Assembly: GCA_000165425.1 (NCBI GenBank)
Contig: CT867996.1
Coordinates: 124,001 to 188,000 of the forward strand
DNA: 64,000 nucleotides
Reading direction: 5' to 3'
Origin: Paramecium tetraurelia
Lineage: Eukaryota
The position numbers and the translations under genes were made by a program. Numbering within the stretch: the stretch's first letter is position 1; each line of letters starts with the position of its first letter. Shown here one piece after another: positions 42,021 through 55,527 of the stretch. The notes under the pieces were generated by a model, which saw only the letters and a program-made list of their open reading frames with translations, ran no database searches and was not told the origin of the DNA.

Positions 42021-42322
42021 ATAAAGTAATATTTCATTTAAATATGTGTTTAATTTGCATTTTCATTTTTCTTATTAGATTATTGATAAACATTGATAGT
42101 TCTTAAATAATCAAATAATAATTTAATTTGACGTAGAAATTGAGTATAAAACAATTTTAATTAAATGTTGATTTTTCTAATTTCCAAAAAAGGATTCAAT
42201 AAATAATAATGGAAAAAGAGTAAACCTAAATCTAAAACCTAGAAAGAGATTAGTTCAATTAAGAATGAGTTTAAGTTGATTGATAACAGCAGACAAATTA
42301 AATAATTGAGTACTTAATAATA

Positions 42323-43967
42323 TCATTAGAAGGAATGACCATTTTAGATAGTTTTGATTATGAATTCCAAAAACTCCTATTCAGATAAGACTGTTTTTTG
42401 CTACAAATTGTTTTTGCGTAGAATATTTGACCAATTCTTATCACTTATTCTATTACCTCCAAAGATTCTTCTCATTTCAATCATTGACAATGCATTATCT
42501 TTATCTACATCCAATTAAGCGAAGACCATTTTCAACTTCTCTACTGTCAATAATTTCTTCTTGTCTTGACAAGCTAATAAGAACTCTGTATTATAGGATT
42601 ATTCAAATACCTGTATAATCTAGATAACCATTCCCATTTGAATCTATTTTCTAAACCAGTTTCTCAATGTCTTTATCCTCCAATTTAGTACTTGTTTAAT
42701 ATTTTTTATATCCTCTATCTATAATCAAATAAGTACCTTCAATTAGTTCTTAGGTGGAAATCTTACCATCTCTATTAGTGTCAAATTCTTAAAATATCTA
42801 GAAGATCTCTCTCTTTTGGTCTTAAGTTAGAGTCATTTATACTATTTACATTATAATGGCTTCCACTAAGACCTCACATTTCTAAAATTTGCGAAGATTG
42901 GTCAATGCAGGATTCATTTTCACTGCTTACTTTTTTTATTTTGCCCTTACAATCCATCTATCCTTTAGAGCATCAGATGCAGAGGGTCTTTGATTTTATG
43001 AAAAGTTTAGTAGTTTTTGTACGAATTCTCTGGCCTCAGGGATTTTATCCCAATCAAATGTATCCTCCAATTTGACAATGCCTCTCATGATTGAATTTTT
43101 AATCGATTATGTCATAATGCCATCAAAAGGCATTGCTCCAGAAAGCAGAAAATGCAACAATACTCCAGCTGACCATATATCAGTTTTGAAACTATAAAAT
43201 CCGTTTATCATCTCGGGAGATTGATAGTGTTGATCTCCAATTGCTAATTGGATGGGATGTTGAATTCTTTTGGCTGCTCCGAATTCCAAAAACGTAATTG
43301 TAAGCTAATCATCGCAAAAAAGGGCGTTATGATCTTAAAATTAATAATTTTCACAATGTAATACTTAGAAAACGATAAATGATATTTTTTGAATGTAAAT
43401 ATACAAAGGTACTTAACACTTACTCTATAATGACGGCAGCCATTTGTTCTGGGTTTCCTCCCTTGTTTATCATCTTGCTTAAGAGATTGCCACCTACGTA
43501 GTCCTCATAAATGATGTAGTAGTACTCAGTTTCATTGAAATATTCCATCATCTTGGCAATATTTGGATGATCCTTGCTTTTACATTAAATTTACTAAGTA
43601 TTGCATGGTGTGTATGTTATTCAAGATCAAAACTGGCTCATCCGATTTTGGATCTGTGGACTTTCTTATAGTTTTAACTAACTTTCGAGAATCAGTTTTT
43701 TTGCAATAGCACCACTGATAAATTCCGTATTCAGTAGTCAGAAATGGGTTGGGATCAATAATATTGTATTCATCCTTAAATAGGTTCTTATTCAGTTGAA
43801 AGCAATCTCCCTGATCAAAAGGCATTTCTGCATAAATAGGGTCTGCTGACATATAGACTCGAATATATACTCTCCAACAATTAATTTTTGGGGATGATTA
43901 CTTTTAATTTAGAGGTAGCTCTTTTCTGCACTTCCTCCTAGTGTTTCCTTGCAAAACAAGAACCCAT
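42323..43967 (-). CDS. Calcium-dependent protein kinase-like pseudokinase (kinase fold plus EF-hands)
   Basis: MGSCF start joined by a 25-nt intron to ORF 43580-43852; DHPNIAK, YQSPEM, TDIWSAGV, PFDG; EF-hands DTNRDGKISTQE and DSNGNGYLDYTE; catalytic motifs are degenerate. Confidence 0.85.
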
Positions 43968-43990
43968 AAGTTTAAAATAAATTAAAAATT

Positions 43991-46568
43991 ATGTCTTAAT
44001 ATCAACCATAACGAATCAATATATCTCGAACACAGCCTTAATAAGACAGCTTATTGCTAGAAGATGATTATCAACAACTCAAGAGTCCCCAATTTGCCTC
44101 AGAGTAAAAGTAAGCATATTCATCAAATTCACAGCACTCTCCCAAAAAGTACTTACAGAACACCAGATGCCAGAGTCAACCAATTTGATGGGGCATCAAA
44201 TGAAGAAATCTATAAGAAAAAGTAAATAGTACTCTATTCTAGAATAAATGAATTGCAGAGATAAAACGATGATCTCAGATAAAAGTACTTATAGGTCTCC
44301 GGTGAAAATTAAGTTATAATCCAAGAGCAACGAGAGGAAATAGAATAATACTTAAATGAGGTTAATTTATTGAAGGAGCAATTGATGCAAAAGGAAATTG
44401 AGATTTAATAGCTTAATAGTCTAAATCAATCCTTAAAATAAGAGGTTAGCGATTCAGAGGGTAGTATTATAATGTAATAAACAAGAGGGATTTGATAAAT
44501 TGGAACAAGATTATAAAAAAAAACTTAAAATCGGAGATGACTCTCAAAAAATATTCTCAGAGGTCTAGTTATTGAGTGAAGAAAATCAGAAATTGCAAGA
44601 AGCACTTCAAGATAAAGATAGACTATATAATCAATGCAAATAATAACTATAAAGTATTCAGATCGATTTGAATTAATTGTAATAGGATAGTTAGTACAAT
44701 CAAGAATTATTGAATCAAAAAGATAGGGAAATTCATGAACTAAATTAATAGATTGAAAGGAATAAGGAACTCTAAAGAAAATAATAGGATTTTTCAAACA
44801 AAGTAGTATTTTTATCTAATCTATAGCAAGATCTCTTGAATAAGGAAGTTTAAAAGTTGAATCAATAAGTGAAACTATTGTAAAAGGAAAATCAAGATTT
44901 GAAGAATGAAAAACAATTAGTCACTTTAGAACTTCAAGAAAATCGAGCCAATCCTGAATATATGGGCAAAATCAATCTTTTGGGATAGGTATATCAATTC
45001 TATAATATCAGGAAGTCGAAAGACTAAATAATACCTTAGCCTTAAAGAGTAGAGAATTAAATGATTATAAAGCTCAGATTACTAGAATGCAGAAGGAAAT
45101 CTAAAATTTAAGAATGAATGAATTTAAATTACAAGACATGAATATGAATTTGGATAGCTTAATTAATCAATACAATAAGTTGAAAGATGACAATTAAATT
45201 CTCAAATAATAAATTGCATAAAAATAAGTGAAAATCAATTCAGATTTGGATAAGAAAATTTAAATACTTCAACAAGAATGTGAAAAGCTCTCAACCTAAC
45301 TCAATTCTAGTAAGAAAGAGAATGATTATTTAAGAGAACAACTAAATGATTCATCTTAATTGGAAGATACAAATAGGTTATTAAAATAATAAGTAGACAA
45401 GTTTTAAATGTAAACTAAGTAGCTTGAAAGTGAAAGATAGAGTCTATTACAGGAATATTAATTACTATCAAATAGTTATAATAGTTAGAAGTATAATTAT
45501 TCTTAGTTGCTACAAGAATAATAAGAAAATAACAATTCAGTATTGTATAATAATTAAAAAATAGGTTCTCCAATTAAAAAATGAAATCTAAAGGTTACAG
45601 AAAATGAAGCCAGAGACAGTAGAGAAAAGTTATAATAATTGCAATCACTAGGATATAATCATTTAATACTAAAAAGATTTGGAAGCAGCTAATAAATAAA
45701 TCCCTTTATTGAAATAAACAATTTAAAAGTTGAAAAATGAACTAGACATAACAAAAGAGTTCATTCCGCAAAATCCTTAATAATAATCATAATAACCATT
45801 TATTTAATCGGATTAAAAGTTAATAGATAAATTATAAAACTATGAAATAAGGTTTCCTCAATTAGTAGAGGAAATCGAGAGACTTAATTAGATACTGACA
45901 GAGAGGAATGAACAAATCTTGATATACAAAAAGAGCTCCTTTTAAGCTGATTAAGTGTTGGAAAAGGTAAGTGCATATGAAGCAGAAATAGAGAGATTAA
46001 GATAGACAATATTTTTAAAATAATAAACGATAGACTCATTGTAGTAATAGAAAGAGAATCCTGGGGTTTAAGATTTAATTTTTAAGTTGCAGGATGAAAA
46101 CAGAAGGTTAACAAGTTTAGTAGGTGTAAGAAATAACGAAATAGCTGAACTTAAATTTAAAGTATCAGAATATGAGTAGAAACAAAAATTATTGAGTGAA
46201 TCTAATTCTGGAAAATATGAATTGTAGAACATGGTATTAAATTAAGAGATTGATTAATTGAACTAGAAATTGTTGGAGGCAAAGAATGAGATTAGTTTGT
46301 TGAAATTGACAAAGAATGATAAATTCAATGAAGAAAGAGTATAAGAATTTATAAATGCTTTTAGGGGAAAGTGTTAACGTAAGAATTAGAGAAGTAGATG
46401 AGGATAAATAAGGAGAATGAAAAAGAATTATTGAATTTAAGATCAAAATTTGCAGAAGTTGTAGATGCAGAAAGAAAATTGATTGATTGCAAATGTCTCT
46501 TAGTTTTATTGTATAATGAAATAGAACGATTGAATTAAGAAAAAGAAAATGATAATTTTTTATTTTGA
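43991..46568 (+). CDS. Long coiled-coil protein (Q/E/K-rich)
   Basis: MSQYQPQRI start; repeated EVERLN/EIERLN-type heptads; many short introns; TGA at 46566-46568. Confidence 0.75.
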
Positions 46569-46593
46569 ATTTATATTAATTTATTTAACAGCT

Positions 46594-47752
46594 ATGGAAA
46601 ACAATAGATTTTATTCAAATCAATCATGTCAGAAAGAATTAGAGTAACAACTAAAGGATTCATTTCTAGAAATTAAACTCTTAAAATAAGAGAACAAATA
46701 TTTGTAATTTCGCTTTTTTTAATTATCATATAGATCATCTACTTTTGAAGATTTTAAATTAAAACAAGAGGAAACTAGAAAATTGCAATCCTTAGTAGTT
46801 GAATTAGAATAAAGAGTGTTAACTTTGGAGGAAGAAAATGCTAAATTGGATGCTGAAATAGGATACCTGTAAAAATTGAAAATATATATTTAATTAGAAG
46901 AGGATTTTCATAAAGCAAAGAAGTTTAGGTAAATTAGAAAGCTAGTTATACATAATTGGAGCAAGAGTTATCTGATTTGTAGGTTTACTTAAGAAAGTAT
47001 ATATAATTATAGGAGTTGTAAGTTATTTAATATATAGTTATAGCCTAATTGAACAAGTGCCTAATATTAATATGTAATTATGTTGGAAGGAAATTAATCA
47101 GATATTTAAAAATCAATTCAATACTAACTAGTAAATTTAGAATTTACAAGATGAGTTAAAACTGATTGAGACTACTTATAAAGAACTTGTTCATTCTAAA
47201 GATAATAATTTGACACCTTTATAAGAGATGGCTAAATGTATTAATACATTATAAAATTCAGAGCAAAGCATAAGAGAATCAAGAGTAGAAATAGAGAGAA
47301 TAAGAAAAGAAGTTCAATTAAAATAGATGGATTTAAAATAATCAGACACAAAATTAAGTGAGTTACAAAATGAGTTTACATACATCAGTAAAATTGAGAC
47401 TAGAAAAAACAATGTTTAAATGGAGGCTGAAAAACAACTAATTGACTTTAGAAGGGGGATCTCGACTACAAAAAATTCTAATCATAATGTTTCATTAATG
47501 AGAGACACTTTCAAAGAAAGAGATACTTATTAAGAAATGATACCTGAGAGATTAAGGGATTAATCGGATGTACTTCCAATCACTTCCTCAATAAAGAGAA
47601 TACAAAGACCCTATATAGAGATCAATGATAGATTTGATGATTATCAAGATGCAGCGAAGACTCCAATTGAAAAAACCATTGATTAAACCAGAAAGAAGTT
47701 AAGTAGACAATTAAGTTAAGCAAGTAGTCTTCGTGATTAAAAATATATTTGA
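46594..47752 (+). CDS. Coiled-coil hypothetical protein
   Basis: MENNRFYS start, heptad-rich exons with short introns, TGA at 47750-47752. Confidence 0.7.
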
Positions 47753-47770
47753 TCATTATAAACTTTTAAT

Positions 47771-49450
47771 TCATGAAGGAAGTTTTTATAGATATAGCCA
47801 TAAGGACGCAGGATTGAAGGATAAGTTCTATTGTAATTGTTGTTATTGGAGTTGTTATTGCTGCATATACTACTATGATTATTCTTGGGTTGGAAGTCTC
47901 AATTAAACATTGTTGGGTATAGAGAATTGCTCCAATTTGATAGGATTCTAGGGGATTAGGAATAAATGCATACACTTTCTTGTTCAGGCATCGAATTTGA
48001 ACTTTGGTTAGGAAGGGCACCTGAAATATGAATAATTTTTCTTATTCTCTCAGGATTAACCAGTTACTCAGGTTCTTTAAGTTCTTTTTTCTTCTTTTTT
48101 TCTGGGATTTTAGCATTATACTCTTCTTCTAATTATTCTTAATCGATTTGATCATCTTCCCTTTTGTATTTTAATAAGGAATTGTAAGCTCTATGGTATG
48201 CTCCTTGGAGTTCATCCTATGATGTAAGTGAGAACAATTACTAGATTTTCAATTTTTGTGAATCCTTTGGGCACATCATTGATGTCCATGATGACTTGTA
48301 CGCAATCGTTGTTAAGAGGATCAAGGAATTCTTGGATTTTTTTCATATTCTATTGAGATTTTGCTTCGTTGCTCTTACAATCGATGTATAGAATGATGAG
48401 TTTCTACTCTATCTTTTGAATTCCTTGTAATGCATTGCTAGTAGAAAGAACGTGTTGTAGAGTTTGGATTAAATTGTCGGGCTAAGGTAAAATAGATGAT
48501 TCAGTAAATTACCTCTGTAAATTTGATTTTGGCAGAATTTACGTACAACGAGATGCAAGCACTGAACTTGAGAAGCAAGAAGATGGGATGCTTGACCTTG
48601 TGGCGAATGTTGGGAGCCGTGAAATAGTTGATGAGTCCATCTATAGAATTTTTAATGACTTCTGAATTCTGGGGTTTGATGATCAGAAACTATTTCTCCA
48701 AATTGTTGGGCAAGAAGGGGTCGAAATATGATTACAGTTTTTGGATCTATGTATTAGTTATGTCGAATTACCTTCTGTTTCACAATATCTCTGGCGGATT
48801 TGCGGGAGTCCACAAATATTGGAGGGGAGATACGAGAGTCTAAGATCTGAGGGAATTCAAATTTGCTCTGACACAAATATAGAGTGATCACTATGTGGAA
48901 TCGTTAATGCTGATCCTATATTTAAACTTTTTACATCATGGTTATAGGAGGTAGTATTAAACTTAAGGCCCGAGAAGATACACTTCCCGTTCTCCATGTC
49001 CACCTTGAGGTTTCCTTTGGCTCCCACTTCCAGCAGATGATGAGTTTTCATCGGAGTTATGATTGGCTTCACAATTTGCAGTTTACACTTGCTAATAATT
49101 TGATGGTTACATAAATGTTGTTCGGAGGGGCTAGACGCTCATTCGTCAACGGGTCTGTAATCTATTTGGAGTTGTAACATATAAAAAAATACTTCCATTT
49201 CCAGACCGATATCTGGAAGGTTCCAACTCTTATGCCAATTCCAACCCAAATTGTCAGTGTATATGAAAGGCCTGCTCTGGTCGATCTTGATGTTGATTAG
49301 GGGATCTATAGTCCCATTCTCTGATGGAATCTTAAGGGAAATTTATGGACTCAAATTCCAAGAAGTCTGAGTATCCTTTACGATTCTTTTGACGTCGTAA
49401 TTGCACGGAACCCATTCCCAGATGTTCTTATCTTGGTCTTATTTCATCAT
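47771..49450 (-). CDS. NDT80/PhoG-like (p53-type Ig-fold) DNA-binding protein with Gln-rich C-terminal tail
   Basis: CIFSGLKFNTTSYNHD..QRFHIVITLY..ISPPIFVDSRKSAR resembles the NDT80 core F.RL.F...T.NN..Q..F.LVV.L..S.PI.VR. The tail reads QQYMQQQQLQQQQLQQN. Confidence 0.65.
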
Positions 49451-49549
49451 TTATTTTTTATAAAATTTTTACAACAATTATCAAATACTGTCATGCTTAT
49501 ATTGTATTATAATCTATAAAGGACTTTAATATTTATTATAAAGAATAGA

Positions 49550-51621
49550 ATGGAGAGGTACAATATTCATTAAATATTTCCCAGTTAACAAATCAATCCA
49601 GTTGAGCAATCCTTACTCAATAATTCTTAGGCTTTCCATCCCCAAGTCAATTTATCTTCAATCTTAGATGAAATGGTCAAGAAAGGAATAGGGAATTAGG
49701 ATATTGATATATTTGTTGAATAGTAATTAATTCCAGTTGATATTTTAGTGTGACTAAAAATTTTGAGACATTTTGGGAAATGTTAATAATCATCAATTTT
49801 GATGAATCCTCCCAAAATGGCAAGTATCATCTAAATTATTATTATAAGTCATCCCTTTATCCTCACTGAAATACTCAGGATGAAGTCCGAAGAGATCTTT
49901 AATCATCTCTTTCAATTCAATCAGATTGAGTATATGGATTCCATGAATTTCCTATTCCAAACTCTTGATAGAGACTGTTTAGATGAGACTGTTGCTGGTT
50001 ATTTTTCAAAAGTCATTTGTAGTTTTATGCAAGTTAGGGGGGCAGACGTATTTCTATTAAATTATAAAAGCTTTGGAAATATTTATAAACAAATGGAAAA
50101 TATATTTATGAGGATCTGATGAAGAATCTTCACATTAATCATATTGCTGATGTTGTTTATAATCTAATAGCATTTTTTAACAAGGGCGATCAAGGTTAGA
50201 ATTATAATTAAGAAAGACTCACTTTGTTAAATAGAACTATTGAAATTCTATTAAATAAAGGTTACGATTTATAAATCGTTGAAAATGTATGCAACATCCT
50301 GATAGACTTATTGAGAAACCTAACAGATTGGGAATTCAAATAGATGATGCTTGATAAGCTGTACATTCCTGATTCCTTCTTTAATTTGATAGTAATTTTT
50401 AGAGTGATCCAATTAGTTTCTCACAAAGTCGCATCTCTTGGCCGACCTTCTAATATAGCTACTCTACGAATCTCAATAATTTACATTCCTCGCCTAATAG
50501 ACTTAGCCACATTTTTAATTTGACTATCAACAATATGAGGTCATTGGCAGGAAATTCAGTCAAGCCCTTACGATGGAACTTAATTTAAGTATGCATTTAA
50601 AATAAATGATTAGATAGCTTCACTACATCCTATGGAATCTAATCGGAAATTTTTGGTTAAACAAAGATCAAACTCATCCAATTCTACCTTAATATTATCT
50701 AAAGCAATAATTTGACTCTGATAAACTACTTCAATCATTAGGATATTTTTAAAAATCTAATGTAGTTTATTTTATAGTATGAATTCAACAATTAACTTTA
50801 AAATTATTTTATGCACATCATTTATTGCATCTTTTGCAATAATAACTTAGAATATGTATAATAATAATTGATCTATGAATTGAACATATTAGGATTCTTG
50901 AGCTACCTTAATTAACAATATTATAAACAAGTAGGTTCGATAAGAAAACCTATCACAAAAGGCTACTAGGGTATGGCCAACAAATTGTCCTTATTTTTCA
51001 AAGATGTAATATATACAGAGGAGTGGAATCAATACATTCAAAATCATCAATAAATTTTTAATATTGAGAATAATTATTTCTTTGGCATTATACCACCAAA
51101 AGAAGAGAAAAAAGAAGAGAATATTGAACAAGGAGGTTTGATGTAAGATTCACATTTAAATTAGAAAACCTGAATAAATAGAGAAGGAAGAAGAATCTCC
51201 CCAATAGGATACAGAAGACAATTTTTCTATTTAATTAAAAGAGGATTAAGATATGAAATTAACCATCTCTTTAGTTCAATAAGAAGTGATGTTGGCGGAG
51301 AATAATTTTTAAGATCAGTCTAATTTGGGAGAGGTGTTTGGAGAGTAGATTCTCAATTAAAATGCAAAATAAAAATAAAATATGTCAAAGAGTTAATAAC
51401 TTGTAATTCCTAAAATTTTTGATTTTGGTACTAAATTTCAAAGGTAGTCGCCTACTTCTATTGAGAGTAACAATAAAAATAAGAGATCTAAATCCTAAGA
51501 GAAAGTTTAAAAAGGCTAGATAGTTTCTATTACTTCAAGCTTTATATTGCCTAGAAGAGTAGAAACAAATAAGAGTCAAGAGATCATTAATTGATTGTTT
51601 TAAGACATTTTATAAGAATGA
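49550..51621 (+). CDS. SIT4-associated/PP6 regulatory subunit (SAPS-domain) protein
   Basis: HPFILTEIL..LDETVAGYFSKVI, EFNNQLQN and KGYQGMANK resemble SAPS-family patterns; acidic tail; TGA at 51619-51621. Confidence 0.75.
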
Positions 51622-51655
51622 TCATTCACAATGGAAATTGTAATTTAAGAAATAA

Positions 51656-53344
51656 TCAATATATATTATAAAACCATTCAAGTACGTTAGTCTTAAATTA
51701 TCCCAATATACAGTTAATTATAAATAAGAATGTATATTCGTTTCTCTCATACTATTGCAACATGATTTCCTTATTCAAAAAATCCTTCACAAAGAAACCA
51801 TTCTTATGCATCCATTTGATTATTGTTAGAGCAAATCTATCAGCAAAAGTATTGCTTTATTCTGAAGATTCAATGGAACTCATAGCTTTACTGATCGTTT
51901 CCTATTTAGAACTGGAATATTGATTCAGTCTTTGAGACAACTAATATAATTGTGTACGCACCGAAATATCACTTAATTCTTGATTATCATTCATAAAATA
52001 ATGGAGTAAGAATTATATTACTTGGAATGGATTTCCACAGTTATCTTGCAATATTCTAAATAACAAATATTCTTTCCATCTGAAGATACCACTCTTAGAT
52101 TACTATAGTATAGCTTACATCTACATTAACTCCAAGAGCCCTGTATATCTTAAGCAATTCATTCTAACAATGTCCACTCAGGTTTTCATTATAAATAACA
52201 AAATATTTCATAGGGATTCCATTTTGAATACTATTCAACATACACAATGATTTGTAATCGATGTAGTATTTGTAGATTAGGTAGTTGTCTAATTTTGGAT
52301 TGCTTTATTTTATTGAGTTAATCATTTCCAAACTTAAATGATCAATACTGTTATCTTGATCATCTTCTAACTCTTGTGACGGTTGTATTACTTTAAATTT
52401 TGGATAGATATTTTGGACCACCAATTTTGGTAATTATACATCATATTCCTTTTAGTACTCCACTAACTACTGAATTTATTTAATTTGCTTTAAATTTTAT
52501 CTAATCAATTCCTATCTTTTGGAACTGCTGTCTCCATACACCACCACATCTTATTTACAACATTAGAGAATCATCTGCTATTTAAATTTCTGTAGTTATT
52601 TGATTCTCTTGCTTATTCGTATGCTTTCCTTAATCTTTGGCAATTGTTTAATCAGTGTCTCTTTAGAGTCTGCACATACCAAAGTCGGCGGATTCCAACC
52701 CAATTAACAGGCATTCAAAATTTCAATTCCATCGAAAAATGAAATCACTTTTATTGGTTTCTTAATCATCTTAGCCAATTGAAACTTTAAATCATTAATC
52801 ACTTGAATGGCTAACTCTCTTGATGGAACAAAGAAATAATCGAACATTTTTTAAATCTATCAATCCAATAAATTTATACCTAATACTCTTCTCCACTTAT
52901 TTTAAGTTGATGAAAAAAATTAATCAACTATTAAACATCTTTAACTTTAGTGAATTGATCACCTTAGAATCTGCTCTAAGGAAAAGAATACGATTATGAA
53001 TAAGGCAAAAAAAGTGCATACGTCTGTTCATTCAATAAATTGGGAATACAATTCTTCGTAAAAGACTCCAATATCTACTTAAAATTAAATTTAAGGTAGT
53101 CATTCAAGCCATTTTCATCTACATAAAATAAATAAGCATATTTTCTGATCTTTTGACTCTGAGTCTTATTTGATTTCCCACAATCCACACTTAAACTTAC
53201 TAAACTATTTCTTAAACTTTTGGCTGGTTTCTCAATCACTGAACTAGTCCTAGTTTAAATTATGGATCTTTCTGTTTGAAACTCTCTCTTGATGTAATTA
53301 TAATTCAAATAAACTTTCTTCGGTTTTATATGTTGATTATACAT
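51656..53344 (-). CDS. Hypothetical protein, possible DCX-like domain and degenerate EF-hand region
   Basis: Ciliate-code frame with short introns; KPIKVISFFDGIEILNACQL..LVCA resembles a doublecortin-like motif; TGA at 51656-51658. Confidence 0.6.
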
Positions 53345-53685
53345 GTAATTAATTAAATTAATTAATAATAACAACTTCATGTTACAATTAATTAATTCTA
53401 TGTCAACACTAGCTTATTGGTGCAACTCTTATTGACCTCACAATTGTAAAGAATTATTTAACAGAATAATTTTAGAAATTAACATCTTTCGATTAAAAAT
53501 ATAACATTACAAGAGATAAATTCGCGAGTTGGGTCCAATTAAATTTAATTTTAAAAATAGTATTCTATCCTTCCTGAAGCCTACTTTCAAGTTTATATTG
53601 ATAAGATTTAGTTATTACTGTTAATTTAAATTGTGCCTCAATGTCTTATGCTTATATGTATTTAAAACTAAATTAATCTTATCAA

Positions 53686-55137
53686 ATGAATAATTTAAAA
53701 AATCTTGATTTATTCGGAGTACCTCTTGTGTATGGGATTGACCAAAGGTAGTCTAAATATAAGAGCGTCTTGGGAGGAACATTATCCTTATTTACATTCT
53801 TAGGCAGTTTTGCTTACGCAATTTGGATATTTTATTTGTGGCAAACCAAATAGATGAATCCTAAGATATCTAACTCCAGATTTGTCTCCGATTACTCCTT
53901 GCTTGACCTTAAAGCAGGATTAATTAGATTATATTATTGGCAGTATGATCAGAATCTAATCGATCCCTTTTAAACTAAAATTCTCTTGCCTCTTGTTATT
54001 TACAACAGAAATAATAAGCTGACAGAGCCATCATTAATAAATGAAACTTCAGTTACAAGTCATGGATTTACTTATATACCTAAAATAGAACTCGGGTTTT
54101 CCAAAATAGATGGAGAGATCTACACTTCAGAAGAAATGTATATAGAAATAGTTAAGTGCTCCGAAATTTATTTATAACCTAATGAGAAGTGTGCATCTCC
54201 TGAGCTATCTGAAAAATTTTTTAAATAATCTTCGAATATAATTGTGTTGCAAATTTATTCGACAACCTTGGATTCTCGAGATGGATCAGAATAAAATGGA
54301 TTACAGGAATTATATATTTAGATAGAAGAAAGCTTCTGTTATACTATGAACACATTTCTTTAAACAAATTTGTATGAACTTCAGGATTACTTTCTTTTTG
54401 GAACATCAAGATATAAAGAATATATTTCTGGAGCAGTCGTACAGACTTAAACAAGTTCAATTAATTATTGTTATAAGGCATTTAATAATGATGCTCTATC
54501 TCTAGTTTACTTAGGAATGAATGGCAATCAAATGAAAACCATTTTTGAGTATCCTCGTGCAGGGGATATCTTAGCAAATATTGGATCAATTGTGTCTTTA
54601 TTATTTATGATCAAGTACATTATTATTGTTTTGAATCAAAATTCTTTAAACTAAATGATAATAGCAGAGCTGATATCTTTCTATTATCCAGAGTTTAAAT
54701 CTATTTGTATAACTAGAAATTGGAGATAAAAAATTACAATGGTTAAAATAAATGAGAAGTAGGTAGTGTTAGAAGAATTTCTGAAATTTTATGATAAAGC
54801 AAAACACCAGATGCATTAAAAATTGAACTACTTAAATTTATTGTATGAAATTTCGAGATTATACTTTATTATTCGATCGTCTAAATACAGAGGGGAACTA
54901 TTTAAGTCTCATAGTGTTGGAATAAAAATGAATCTCAATACGAATAAGGACTTTGATGTTATCTACGATTATAATTCAATTAGCTCAGCGAAATAAAAAA
55001 CGGATAATTTTTTATTAAATGAAGATGATGCCGATATAATATCGTTAACAAGGAGAAAAATATAAATTAATCTTGATTTTATCCCAGATGAAATAATTAA
55101 TGAGAATGATTTTTATAATGCCAATAAAATAGTGTGA
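53686..55137 (+). CDS. Intronless two-TM ciliate-family membrane protein with large extracellular loop (483 aa)
   Basis: 1452-nt open frame; LDLFG..YKSVLGGTLS-TM1, about 260-aa loop with Cys residues, YPRAGDILANIGSIVS-TM2. Confidence 0.85.
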
Positions 55138-55527
55138 TTTTTAACTATTATTCTTTATTTGATTTATAATATATATAAAAATGAAGTATCGAATATTTTC
55201 TATGATTTCCAGTATAAAGGTTGAATTCTGTGTTATGGTGGAAATCATAAACAATGTATAGTATGGTAAGTGTAATTATGTTGATTATGACTTATTTTAT
55301 TTAAGAATTATAACCAGTGTTTAAGTAAATTATAATAATCTCAATTGAAAATATAATTAATTCACTTATTTTTAATATATTAATTATCAAATATGTTATA
55401 ATATTTATCAACCTTCATTTTTTTATCAAAATGCACTCCTTATTATTTCACTCAATTTTAACAATTTTAATCAAGAATATAATCCATAAATAAAATACAT
55501 AATGAAAAATAGATTATTTATAATTTT

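Noticed and set aside
47766..48020. Hydrophobic 84-aa minus-strand ORF suggesting a small membrane protein
   Set aside because: Wrong frame; the Gln-rich frame (TAA/TAG/CAA) is the C-terminus of the NDT80-like gene ending at TGA 47771.
52800..52835. VPSRELAIQV resembling DEAD-box helicase motif Ia
   Set aside because: No Walker A, DEAD, SAT or HRxGR motifs seen elsewhere in the gene; probably a chance match.
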